DNA from: Clostridia bacterium
Lineage (GTDB): Bacteria; Bacillota; Clostridia; TANB77; UBA1234
Assembly: GCA_017462965.1 (NCBI GenBank)
Contig: JAFTQC010000022.1
Location: forward strand, 96,242-160,241
Length of the DNA stretch: 64,000 nucleotides
Direction of reading: 5' to 3'
The first letter of the stretch is position 1; each line of letters starts with the position of its first letter. The translations under genes and the position numbers were made by a program. Positions 29,952 to 38,871 of the stretch are shown here, in pieces. The notes under the pieces were generated by a model. That model had not been told where the DNA came from. It did no database searches and saw only the letters and a list, made by a program, of their open reading frames with translations.

Positions 29952-29967
29952 GAGTTATATTATTTTT

Positions 29968-30331
29968 TGGTGGAGATGAGGAGAATCGAACTCCTGTCCG
30001 AAAATTCTTCCACATGAACCTCTCCGAGTGCAGTTTATCTTTTTAGATTCCCAAAGGTTAAACGCCGACAAACAGGCTTTTAATTTTGGTAACTTTATAA
30101 ATACCCACTATCTCAAAGTTTTGATAGTTTTGTTTCCACTTTAGATGACGCTTGTTCTTAATGAAAGTGGCACAAAAAGACAAACGTAGCCGCAACTAGG
30201 CAGCTAAAGCAACTTTATTGTTGTTAATTATTTATAATTCTCACATTTTTTAGATGGCCAAGTGAGAATCCATCACTCGCTATTCATCCTTCTAAATATC
30301 CGTCGAAACCTTTACATCCCCGTGTTTAGAA
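29968..30331 (-). ncRNA. ssrA: tmRNA (SsrA)
   Basis: Minus-strand 5' GGGGATGTAAAGGTTTCGACGGATA..., tag reading frame ending ...VALAA-stop (GTT GCT TTA GCT GCC TAG), 3' T-arm/acceptor GGAGTTCGATTCTCCTCATCTCCACCA; promoter TTGCAA-N17-TTATAAT upstream. Confidence 0.9.
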
Positions 30332-30544
30332 AGCAAGCTTATTATAACAAAATTTGTGGATAATTGCAATTTTTTTATATACACTTTTTGTACTTTATGT
30401 TATAATGTTTTTGGTAGAATGAAATATGCCTATAATGCTACGGCTATAAGCAATATACGTTTTGATAAATATACTTTTGGATATATAACATTTATAATAT
30501 TTTAAACTATATATTTTAAATAAAACCTTACGGAGGTAACCATT

Positions 30545-31288
30545 ATGAGTGCCGATAGAGCTCTTTTAATAAAAGGTATGTTATCTAGAAAAAAAGATAA
30601 AATCAAAGAGAAAAAAAGATTGAAATTTTTATGTTTTGTTATGTGCTTGACACTTGTTTTTGCGGCGTGTGTATATACTTATGCTGAAGAAACAGTAGTT
30701 GATTATAACCAAAAAACAGTTGTCTTACATGAAGATATTAAGAAAGTTGAATCTGAACAAAAAATAATTGAAGAAGAAAAAAAGGCGATTGAAGAGGAAA
30801 AACAAAATATAGAAGAAAGAGTTGAAGAATTAGTTATTACTGCTGAACAACTTGCTAAAAATAATCAAAGTATAATTGAAGAAAATATGCGCCTTCAAGA
30901 TACTTTGAAATTGGCGGCTTCTGTTGGAATAACTCCACAAAATTTTGATGATGCAGAAAAAGCTGATACAGTTGTTGATTATAGCAAACTTCAATATATT
31001 GGTGAATTTGAAGGAACTGCATACACTCCAAGTCCAGAAGAGTGTAGTAATAATTTAGGTTTTACAGCTTCAGGAAAACCTATTGTTGCTGGAGTTTCAA
31101 TTGCAGTTGATACTAATTATTGGAAGCTTGGCACAGAGTTTTATATAGAAGGTCTTGGCTATGTTGTGGCTATGGATACAGGCAATGCAGTAAAAGGAAA
31201 ATATAGATTTGACTATGCGGTTTTTGATAAAGATTTTGCATGGGAACTTGGAAGAAGAGATTGGAAGGTATATAAAGTTATCGAATAA
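30545..31288 (+). CDS. 3D-domain (MltA-like) cell-wall protein with N-terminal TM and coiled coil
   Basis: C-terminal GTAYTPSPEEC...ASGKPIVAGVSIAVD...GYVVAMDTG 3D domain; -10 tgttataat upstream. Confidence 0.7.
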   Translation: MSADRALLIKGMLSRKKDKIKEKKRLKFLCFVMCLTLVFAACVYTYAEETVVDYNQKTVVLHEDIKKVESEQKIIEEEKKAIEEEKQNIEERVEELVITAEQLAKNNQSIIEENMRLQDTLKLAASVGITPQNFDDAEKADTVVDYSKLQYIGEFEGTAYTPSPEECSNNLGFTASGKPIVAGVSIAVDTNYWKLGTEFYIEGLGYVVAMDTGNAVKGKYRFDYAVFDKDFAWELGRRDWKVYKVIE

Positions 31289-31315
31289 TATTTATAAAAT
31301 AAATTTAGATTTTAT

Positions 31316-31360
31316 AAAGTGCTTAAGTGATAAGAAATTAATTCATTAAGCACTTTTAAA
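31316..31360 (+). terminator. Rho-independent terminator
   Basis: aaagtgcttaa...ttaagcacttt stem then T-run. Confidence 0.65.
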
Positions 31361-31394
31361 TGCAAAAATAAAAGAGAAATGGAGGGATTTATAT

Positions 31395-32342
31395 ATGATG
31401 AAAATATATAAAACAGTAGATGAACAAGGACTATTTAGAGAGACGACGAAACTGGAACGAGGTTGTTGGATAAATCTCGTGAATCCCACCACTCAAGAAA
31501 TAAATACAATTGCAAATAGTGTTGGTGTTATGGAAGATTTCTTGCGCTATCCTTTGGACCAAGAAGAAAGAGCCAGAATTGATATTGAAGATGATCAAAC
31601 TCTTATACTTATTGACTTGCCAATAGCTGAAAAAAGTGAAGATGGCATAAATGGTTTTTCAACAATTCCGCTTGGTATGATAGTTGTTAGAGATGATTAT
31701 TTCATTACAGTATGTACACAAGATACGCCAATTATAAATGATTTTGTGGAATGTAGGGTTAAAAATTTCTTTACATTTAAAAAGACAAGATTCATTTTGC
31801 AAATATTGCTTAAGAATGCTACATACTACTTAAGATATTTAAAATATATTAATCGTGAGACTGATAAAGCAGAACATAAACTTCAAAAAACTATGAAGAA
31901 TCGTGAGCTTATCAAACTTTTAGAATTAGAAAACAGCTTGGTTTATTTCACTACATCTTTGAAATCTAATGAAATAGTTATGGAAAAGTTGCTTCGTACA
32001 AAATGTATCAAGATGTATGAAGAGGATGAAGATATACTAGAGGATGCTATCGTCGAGAACAGACAGGCTATTGAGATGGGCACTATTTATAGAGACATTT
32101 TGAATGGAACGATGGAAGCGTATGCATCAATTATTTCAAACAATTTGAACTTGGTGATGAAATTTTTAGCATCAGTTACAATCGTAATGTCAATTCCTAC
32201 GATAATTGGTGGACTTTGGGGCATGAATGTAAAGGGGCTTCCTTTCGCGGAAAGTCCTTATGGATTTTGGATTGTGCTTGGATTTACAGGTTTAGTTTCT
32301 TTTGTTTCATGGTTGATATTAAAAAAGAAAGACATGTTTTAA
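31395..32342 (+). CDS. corA: CorA-family Mg2+/Co2+ transporter
   Basis: GMN motif (LWGMNVKGLPF) and two C-terminal TM helices. Confidence 0.85.
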   Translation: MMKIYKTVDEQGLFRETTKLERGCWINLVNPTTQEINTIANSVGVMEDFLRYPLDQEERARIDIEDDQTLILIDLPIAEKSEDGINGFSTIPLGMIVVRDDYFITVCTQDTPIINDFVECRVKNFFTFKKTRFILQILLKNATYYLRYLKYINRETDKAEHKLQKTMKNRELIKLLELENSLVYFTTSLKSNEIVMEKLLRTKCIKMYEEDEDILEDAIVENRQAIEMGTIYRDILNGTMEAYASIISNNLNLVMKFLASVTIVMSIPTIIGGLWGMNVKGLPFAESPYGFWIVLGFTGLVSFVSWLILKKKDMF

Positions 32343-32357
32343 TAGAGGGATTGAAAG

Positions 32358-32879
32358 ATGAAATATATTTTTGTTTCTGATATTCATGGAAATGTTGAAA
32401 AATTTAGAGAAGTTATCCGCATTTTTAAAGAAGAAAATGCGGATAAACTTGTTTTTTTGGGTGATACATCTTCTGAATATAGTAAAACTTCGGATGAAGA
32501 AATTGCGGATATTTTGAATAGTATGAAAAGAGATGTTCATGTTATACGTGGAAATTGTGATACTAGAAGATTTGAAGAATTGTTAGAATTTGAAATGTAT
32601 GGTTTAGATAATTTATATGTTAATGGAAAATTTGTGACGATTACACATGGCCATTATTATAATATGTACAGTTTGCCTGAAAATTGTGGAGACATCTTTA
32701 TTCAGGGACATACTCATGTTCCAATTCTTCAAGTGATAGATGGTAGAATATTCTCAAATCCTGGTTCAGTCAGCAGGCCAAGAGGAGTAGACTTAAGGTG
32801 TTATATATTGATTGATGAAGAAAAAATATATCTGAAAACTTTGGATGGAAAAGTAGTAAAAAAATTGGAATTGAGCTAG
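32358..32879 (+). CDS. YfcE-like metallophosphoesterase
   Basis: MKYIFVSDIHGN, GDT, GNCD, GHTH motifs. Confidence 0.8.
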   Translation: MKYIFVSDIHGNVEKFREVIRIFKEENADKLVFLGDTSSEYSKTSDEEIADILNSMKRDVHVIRGNCDTRRFEELLEFEMYGLDNLYVNGKFVTITHGHYYNMYSLPENCGDIFIQGHTHVPILQVIDGRIFSNPGSVSRPRGVDLRCYILIDEEKIYLKTLDGKVVKKLELS

Positions 32880-32938
32880 CAAGAGGGACGCCCCTTTTTG
32901 TGAAAATATTTCACAAAAAGGGGCGTCCCTCTTGCTGG
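32876..32938. repeat. Perfect ~57-bp palindrome of GGGACGCCCC family
   Basis: gcaagagggacgcccctttttgtgaaa-ata-tttcacaaaaaggggcgtccctcttgc. Confidence 0.85.
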
Positions 32939-32967
32939 AAAAAGGAACCGTCCCAATTTCCAAATTT

Positions 32968-33375
32968 TTAGTTCACGAAAAAGTTGAGGACTCTGATGAA
33001 TTCATCTTTGTCGTCGAGTCCGATTTCGGTGGAACACACGAAATGGACGGGTTTGTCAGTGCAAAGGTTGGGAAGGTCTTCTTCGAGCGCGGAAAAAAGA
33101 ATTTGCTGGGATGTGCGAATGGGACCACCGACTCGCCTTTGACTTGCGGGGGTGGGATCTTCTTCATATTTCGGCTCCATCATCTGTACGAGTTCTTCTT
33201 TGGAGTCAAGTTCGCTCAGGAACTGCCGAAGGATGCCACTCATTCGCTTAAGCTCCGGACCGCGTGCGGAGTACGTGTAGTCACCCATGTGTCCCCAAAA
33301 GCCAGAACGCTCGCGAGTGATTGCGAAGAGAAACTGGTACTTGGGAGTGTTTGTAGGTTTGTCGAACCATGCCAT
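32968..33375 (-). CDS. Hypothetical protein (GC-rich gene)
   Basis: 135-aa ORF, GC-rich codons; plus-strand overlapping ORF judged spurious. Confidence 0.45.
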   Translation of the reverse strand: MAWFDKPTNTPKYQFLFAITRERSGFWGHMGDYTYSARGPELKRMSGILRQFLSELDSKEELVQMMEPKYEEDPTPASQRRVGGPIRTSQQILFSALEEDLPNLCTDKPVHFVCSTEIGLDDKDEFIRVLNFFVN

Positions 33376-33421
33376 AATATCACCTCATTTAATTTGATGT
33401 CGAAGAGTGTTTGAAGATGCG

Positions 33422-34210
33422 TTAAACAGTGAAGTAACGTCCTTCATCGAGAGCTATAGTGTTGCCGAAAACCTTAGATGCTTCGCGAACGTATTTGTTC
33501 ACATCTTCTTCGGGCCAGAAGTGAGTCAGTGCCAGCTTTTTGACACCAGCTTGGAGTGCAATCGTGGCGGCTTGCTTTGCGGTCAAATGGTTATTGATTT
33601 CAGGGTAACCATAGGATTCGAGCAGGCTTGATTCGCAGATGAGCAGGTCAGCTCCTTTTGCAAAGTCTGCAATCTTGTCTTTTGCAGCGAAAGAAGTGTC
33701 GCTTGTATAGACGAGTGACGAATTCTTGGATTGGACTTTGACTGCAAATGTGAGAATATTGTGCTCTGTTGTGCAGAACGTAAGTGTGAGATTGCCAAGC
33801 TCTATTTTGGTATCCTCGGTTAGAGGATGGTATTTGGCAAAAGCGTTTTGCTCAGTGCAGATATCCCGAGAAATCGAGATAGGGGAAGCTGGTAGATAGA
33901 TGTCAAGAGGCTTCTTGAGTCGCCCAAGCTTGTGAAAAACGTATGACGCATACTGGAAGATGAAGATATCGTTGTAGTGATCTCGGTGCAGGTGAGAAAG
34001 GACAATGGTTAATCCATCAAGAGAATCTGGAAATTTCAGATTATTGTGGATTCCACTGCCGCAATCAAGCAGAATCTTTGTTTGTCCATCCCTGACAAGA
34101 AATCCAGGGCAATGATGGGCACCAGTACTGTATGGGGATTGAGTGCCAAGAACTTTAAGCTGCATGAGATAATTCCTCCCTTTGCTTGTACGTAATTGTA
34201 TACTAATCAT
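33422..34210 (-). CDS. MBL-fold metallo-hydrolase
   Basis: HLHRDHYND (HxHxDH) motif. Confidence 0.75.
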   Translation of the reverse strand: MISIQLRTSKGRNYLMQLKVLGTQSPYSTGAHHCPGFLVRDGQTKILLDCGSGIHNNLKFPDSLDGLTIVLSHLHRDHYNDIFIFQYASYVFHKLGRLKKPLDIYLPASPISISRDICTEQNAFAKYHPLTEDTKIELGNLTLTFCTTEHNILTFAVKVQSKNSSLVYTSDTSFAAKDKIADFAKGADLLICESSLLESYGYPEINNHLTAKQAATIALQAGVKKLALTHFWPEEDVNKYVREASKVFGNTIALDEGRYFTV

Positions 34211-34391
34211 AAAACCAATGTAAGTTCGCAGAAATTATATCAACATAATACCGGTATTTCAACATAATTCACAAATTTTATCGAAAGCTTCCTTAATTTT
34301 ATCAGGATTTTCATCACTCGTATCAAGTGTCCATAAATTTCCTTCGTTATCAGTATTTATAATGTTTTGTGCAAGTTTGATTTTAGAATCG

Positions 34392-35378
34392 TTACCGAAG
34401 TTGACTAGACACACGATGAGAAATTTGTTCTTCTGTTAAACCGCGTAATTTAAGGCGTTCATGCTGTTTTTCTTCATTAACTGTCATAATCAAAATATTA
34501 TTATTACTATAGTGGAGAAGCCCTTTTTCAAGGAGTAGAGCAGCATTAATTAGAATTATTCCTTTTTTATTGTACATTTCTCGGCGCATACGTTCTTCAA
34601 GTGGATTTTGCATAAGTTCGTCTAATTGTGCTAATTTTTCTGGGTCATTAAAAACAATTTCTCCAAGAATTTTTCTGTTTATACTACCGTCAGGATTTCT
34701 GATGGCTTCGCCAAATTTCTTTACAATAGTTTCTCTAAGCTCAACATATTTTGGTTCTTTAAGTGTACTTAAAATATCATGTGAAATTTTATCTAAATCA
34801 ATGTTATGAACTTCGATTCCTTTTGCTTTTCCAAGTTCTACAAATTTCTCTGTTACATAAGATTTGCCAGAACCTATAGTTCCAGTAACTGAGATTATAT
34901 ATTGTCCAAGCATTTTTTCTTCTAATTTTTGTTTAACATGCATTGGTACAAATGAAATAAGTTTTCCTTGTTCTTTTGTCATTGCTTTTACAACACTAGA
35001 GCTTACGTGAGAAAATTCTGGTGCAGTAAAAAGAGGAATTGTTTCAAATTGCATTCCTTGACTTTTTTGAGCAAGGTGAAGTGTATATTCATCATTCAAA
35101 TCTTTAGAATTTCTGATCCCTCTAATAACAACATCAATGTTATTTTCATAGACAAAATCAACAAGTAATCCGGTGTAACTAACAACTTTTATATTAGGCA
35201 AATGCTTAGTGCAATGTTTTACCATGTCTAATCTTTCTTCAAGTGTAAAAGTATATTTTTTTTCGGGATTGACGCCAATTCCTATAGTTAAATTAGGGAA
35301 CAAACGATAAGCTCGCTCAATTAAGTCAAGATGTCCTCTGGTAATTGGGTCACCAGAAAATGCATAAAGTGCGTTCAT
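34392..35378 (-). CDS. Bifunctional phosphopantetheine adenylyltransferase / dephospho-CoA kinase (CoaD-CoaE fusion)
   Basis: N-terminal MNALYAFSGDPITRGHLDLI (PPAT H/TxGH motif); C-terminal GTIGSGKSYV P-loop of CoaE. Confidence 0.75.
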   Translation of the reverse strand: MNALYAFSGDPITRGHLDLIERAYRLFPNLTIGIGVNPEKKYTFTLEERLDMVKHCTKHLPNIKVVSYTGLLVDFVYENNIDVVIRGIRNSKDLNDEYTLHLAQKSQGMQFETIPLFTAPEFSHVSSSVVKAMTKEQGKLISFVPMHVKQKLEEKMLGQYIISVTGTIGSGKSYVTEKFVELGKAKGIEVHNIDLDKISHDILSTLKEPKYVELRETIVKKFGEAIRNPDGSINRKILGEIVFNDPEKLAQLDELMQNPLEERMRREMYNKKGIILINAALLLEKGLLHYSNNNILIMTVNEEKQHERLKLRGLTEEQISHRVSSQLR

Positions 35379-35419
35379 AAAATCACTCCTTTCAACAGCC
35401 TTAATTATAGCACAAAATT

Positions 35420-35575
35420 TTGTACAAAGGGACGGGGCTTTTTTCGGGACAAAGGGACGGTTCTTTTGTCCTTTTTTTATAAAAAATAATTAGTAAATAT
35501 TGAGTAATAAAAAAGGACAAAAGAACCGTCCCTTTGTCCCGAAAGAGAACCGTTCTCTTGTCCTTTTTTTATTTA
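35420..35575. repeat. Compound inverted repeat: two GGACAAAGGGACGGTTCTTTTGTCC hairpin arms around AT-rich core
   Basis: Left arm 35441-35466 is exact reverse complement of 35508-35533. Confidence 0.8.
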
Positions 35576-35579
35576 GCAA

Positions 35580-36230
35580 TTATCTTGCACGGAGCAAAAT
35601 GAATTGCGTTCTGGCTTCATCCAAGATTTGGTTGAAGTTTTTGTCCAGTCGTTCTTGCGTTTGCTCGAACTGATAGAAGCATTCGCCCATTGTCGCGTGG
35701 TGCTTAGCGGTGATTTCTTGAAGTACAGGATTATTTCTGAGTTTCTCGGATGCGTTTTCGAAAGTGCAGGTAAGGTCGCGATCATAGTAAAGGGCCATCA
35801 GATTTGCATCGAGTTTGTCGCACATGTAGGCAAATTGTGCTTCAGGTGTTTCGTGCCCATCGAATTCGAGAATAAGCTTTTCGTATTCTTCTGCTTTGAG
35901 AAGGGGAGAAAGAAGCTTGTGTACGGCTTGATGTCCGCTATCAAGCTTGTCCTCGGCAGATACACCGTCAAACGGGGTGATATCAGAAATGAGGATTTCT
36001 TCGAGTTCGTGTACAGCAAGCATAAGAATTACTTTTCGAAGGTCGATGGAGTATTCGAATTCGGAGTCGATTGCAATTGCAAGCATGCATGTGCTGAAAA
36101 TGTGTTCAGCAACGCTTTCAAGACGTTCGTGTGAGACGTTCCACTGTTTCCAACCGCTTCGTACGAGCGTTTTGAGGTTGTTGGTAAGATAGTAGAAATC
36201 AAGTACAGTTTTGCTGCTATGATTGTTCAT
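35580..36230 (-). CDS. HD-domain hydrolase (YfbR-like 5'-deoxynucleotidase family)
   Basis: AEHIFSTCMLAI...LMLAVHELEEILISDITPFD HD motif. Confidence 0.65.
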   Translation of the reverse strand: MNNHSSKTVLDFYYLTNNLKTLVRSGWKQWNVSHERLESVAEHIFSTCMLAIAIDSEFEYSIDLRKVILMLAVHELEEILISDITPFDGVSAEDKLDSGHQAVHKLLSPLLKAEEYEKLILEFDGHETPEAQFAYMCDKLDANLMALYYDRDLTCTFENASEKLRNNPVLQEITAKHHATMGECFYQFEQTQERLDKNFNQILDEARTQFILLRAR

Positions 36231-36326
36231 GAAGATCCCTCCTATTGAAAAGTCGTCTGGATATTAAAGAATCTTTTAATTGTCAAGTAATTATAATTGC
36301 TAAAAAAATAAAAGTCAATAAAAATG

Positions 36327-36357
36327 CACTTTAAGAGATGTCCCCAAAGTGCATAAA
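36327..36357 (-). terminator. Stem-loop atgcacttt...aaagtgcat
   Basis: 9-bp inverted repeat downstream of 36364 gene, T-run on minus strand. Confidence 0.5.
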
Positions 36358-36363
36358 TTTGAT

Positions 36364-36603
36364 TTAAAATTCTTGGTTTTCGATACCGTTTATTTGAACA
36401 TATATTAATCTGTAACTATCGTTTTTGCTCCAAATGCATGAGTTTATGCCAGGCTCCATTTTCCAATCTTTTAATTCTTGTGAAAGGGCATCACATCTTG
36501 ATTTATAGTAAGCAAGAGCTTCATCTTTATTTGATTCAAACGATTTTTCTGCTATTGTATTTTTTGTATCTTTTTCAATTACTGTATAAGTTAAGTTATC
36601 CAT
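36364..36603 (-). CDS. Hypothetical small protein
   Basis: ORF with RBS aaaggagg. Confidence 0.5.
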   Translation of the reverse strand: MDNLTYTVIEKDTKNTIAEKSFESNKDEALAYYKSRCDALSQELKDWKMEPGINSCIWSKNDSYRLIYVQINGIENQEF

Positions 36604-36727
36604 TAAAAATCCTCCTTTTAAAGAATATTGTATATGATAAGAAAATGAAGTTCAATTAGAATATTTTGGCGAAAAAAAGGCCCTTGGTACGACCACCTAT
36701 AGTGTGATCGCGCCGAGGGCTTACGAG

Positions 36728-37276
36728 TTACGCAAATTCGCTGAACCGCCAGAGCAGGGAATGCTTCAGCGGTACGATTTTGGTAACAATGGACCCAAGT
36801 ACCACCCCGCAGACCAGGGTAGAGAGGCCCAACATGATGGGGAAGAACCAGCCAGATCCGTGCTGGAGTTCCATCCAGGGATGAGAAGAGCTCCAGGACC
36901 AGGTCATCCATGAACCATCCCATGCTTTGATACACAGGATGCGCTCTGTGGTCTTACCTTCGTCGATCCAGTACCCAGCGGGAAGCTGATCAGTCGCATC
37001 CGGATTTGCCAGAATGATTTCTGCAGCATTGTGCAGTCCAGCATACGTGTCCGGATAGAGGGCGGTCAGAGCATCGCTCAGGAACGGGAAGCCCAGAAGC
37101 ATCATGCACACAAACCATGCAATGATGGTGTTGAAGATTTTCCGATGAAAGTGAAATTTCATGAAAAATTCATGACGCTCGCTTCGGGTCATCTGAGCAA
37201 GATAGATTTCGTCGCGTTCTTTCTTGGTCAGAGCGGGAGTAGAGGGATAGCGGACGTACTTGGGGTTGGTGGTCAT
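36728..37276 (-). CDS. Hypothetical membrane protein (GC-rich)
   Basis: 182 aa, three hydrophobic helices; RBS aaggaggtt. Confidence 0.55.
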   Translation of the reverse strand: MTTNPKYVRYPSTPALTKKERDEIYLAQMTRSERHEFFMKFHFHRKIFNTIIAWFVCMMLLGFPFLSDALTALYPDTYAGLHNAAEIILANPDATDQLPAGYWIDEGKTTERILCIKAWDGSWMTWSWSSSHPWMELQHGSGWFFPIMLGLSTLVCGVVLGSIVTKIVPLKHSLLWRFSEFA

Positions 37277-37343
37277 ATAGGGAACCTCCTTAAAAAAATG
37301 ATTTTAGGGTTTACACTTATATGTTAACATAAAAATGGCAAAA

Positions 37344-37420
37344 AAGCAATTCATCAAGAGGGACGCCCCTTTTTGTGAAAATTTTTCACAAAAAGGGGCG
37401 TCCCTCTTGATGAATTGCTT
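37344..37420. repeat. 77-bp near-perfect palindrome of GGGACGCCCC family
   Basis: aagcaattcatcaagagggacgcccctttttgtgaaaa / ttttcacaaaaaggggcgtccctcttgatgaattgctt. Confidence 0.85.
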
Positions 37421-38561
37421 ATTTACTTAATCGCTCGTTTACGTTTTCTCTTAGAAGCGTGTAGATAACTGATGTTACAGGTACGCCTAGAAGCATTCCG
37501 ACAAGTCCAAATAGGCTGCCGCCAACGCTGACTGCAACAAGAACCCAAATGCCAGGAAGGCCGATCATGTCGCCTACAACTTTAGGGTAAATTAAATTTG
37601 TCTCAACTTGTTGAAGGATAAGTACAAAAATAATAAATGTGATTACTTTAATTGGCTCTACAGATACTATTAAGATTGCACCAATGATAATTCCTATAAA
37701 TGCACCAACTACAGGGATTAAAGCTGTAACGCCGACAAAAACACCAACTGTAACGGCATAAGGAATTTTCAAAATTAACATTCCAAGAACACAAAGAAGT
37801 CCTAAAATTGTAGCTTCAATGCATTGCACAGAGAAGAATGTTGAAAATGTATTTTTAGTCAAATTAGAAATTTTTGTGATTCTCTTATACCATTTAGGGC
37901 TAAGATATGCTTTAAATAGTCGATCAAATTGGTTTAAAAGTTTTTCTTTGCTTACTAAAATGTAGGCTGCAAAAACGATTGAAATAATAGAATCAATTAT
38001 TACTCCAAATGTTGCTCCGACAAATGAAACAGAAGAGCTAAGAACACCTGATACTACTTTGAGAAGGTCATTTTTTATAGTATCTGGATTAATTTCGATA
38101 TTTGCTAGAACTTCTTCAATAAATTTACCTGTTTCATCAGAATTTTGTAAGTAAAGCTGAACTTTTTCGGCGTAGTATGGCACTTTTTCAATTAATAATT
38201 TGATTACATTTATAAGTTCTGGAACAACCAATGTAACTATTCCAAACAAAATAAACGCTATAAAAATAAGTGATAAAATTAATGATAAAGCGCGTGCGAG
38301 TTTTTTATTTAGCTGAAATTCTTTACCTGTTTTCTTATTTTTCCTAGTTTTAAGCAATCTTTTTTCAATTGCTGCCATAGGAATGTTAATAATAAAAGCA
38401 AGGAATCCACCTAAAATAAATGGAGAAATAATTTCGATAAAGTTGTTTAGGAATCCCATTACGATATCGACATTGCTTACACCCCAAAAAATAATTGCTG
38501 CAAAAAGTACAATTTTAAAAATTCTTTTTAAATCATCTTTGTTTTTTTCCAAGATGTTCAC
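37419..38561 (-). CDS. AI-2E family transporter (PerM/YhhT-like)
   Basis: 380 aa polytopic membrane protein with characteristic AI-2E topology and C-terminal GLPG...VLL region. Confidence 0.7.
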   Translation of the reverse strand: MNILEKNKDDLKRIFKIVLFAAIIFWGVSNVDIVMGFLNNFIEIISPFILGGFLAFIINIPMAAIEKRLLKTRKNKKTGKEFQLNKKLARALSLILSLIFIAFILFGIVTLVVPELINVIKLLIEKVPYYAEKVQLYLQNSDETGKFIEEVLANIEINPDTIKNDLLKVVSGVLSSSVSFVGATFGVIIDSIISIVFAAYILVSKEKLLNQFDRLFKAYLSPKWYKRITKISNLTKNTFSTFFSVQCIEATILGLLCVLGMLILKIPYAVTVGVFVGVTALIPVVGAFIGIIIGAILIVSVEPIKVITFIIFVLILQQVETNLIYPKVVGDMIGLPGIWVLVAVSVGGSLFGLVGMLLGVPVTSVIYTLLRENVNERLSK

Positions 38562-38594
38562 ATCCTTTCATATGGTAGTATTATACAATAATTT

Positions 38595-38795
38595 TATCAA
38601 GAGGGACAGCCCTTTTTTGAGAAATGCATCAACAGGGACAGCCCTTTTTGAGAGAGTGCATCATCAACGGGGACAGCCCTTTTTGATAAACAAGTAAAAA
38701 TAATTTGCACCATTATTAATATTTACATTTATCAAAAAGGGCTGTCCCCGTTGATGATGCACTCTCTCAAAAAGGGCTGTCCCTCCTGATACGTT
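38595..38795. repeat. Compound MITE-like inverted repeat of GGGACAGCCC family (~63-bp arms, ~40-nt AT-rich centre) plus extra solo unit
   Basis: Arms 38625-38690 and 38731-38795 complementary with 2 mismatches. Confidence 0.8.
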
Positions 38796-38871
38796 TGTCG
38801 AAAAATAGCGAGCAAAAGTGATTGAAATTTGGCATAAATGCTAGTAAACTGGAACAGTCGCGCAAATAAAG

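Larger units (their letters stand above)
1..29967. mobile_element. Siphovirus-type prophage (lysogeny, replication, cos-packaging, HK97-like head, tail, lysis modules); left end beyond window
   Basis: Uninterrupted phage gene order from integrase N-terminus (357) to lysis cassette/S8-like gene (29850), directly abutting tmRNA 3' end at 29968. Confidence 0.85.

Noticed and set aside
31289-31394. M-box (Mg2+) riboswitch upstream of corA
   Set aside because: The spacer is only about 100 nt and is mostly occupied by the upstream gene's terminator, too short for the roughly 160-nt M-box architecture. No conserved M-box segments were recognised.
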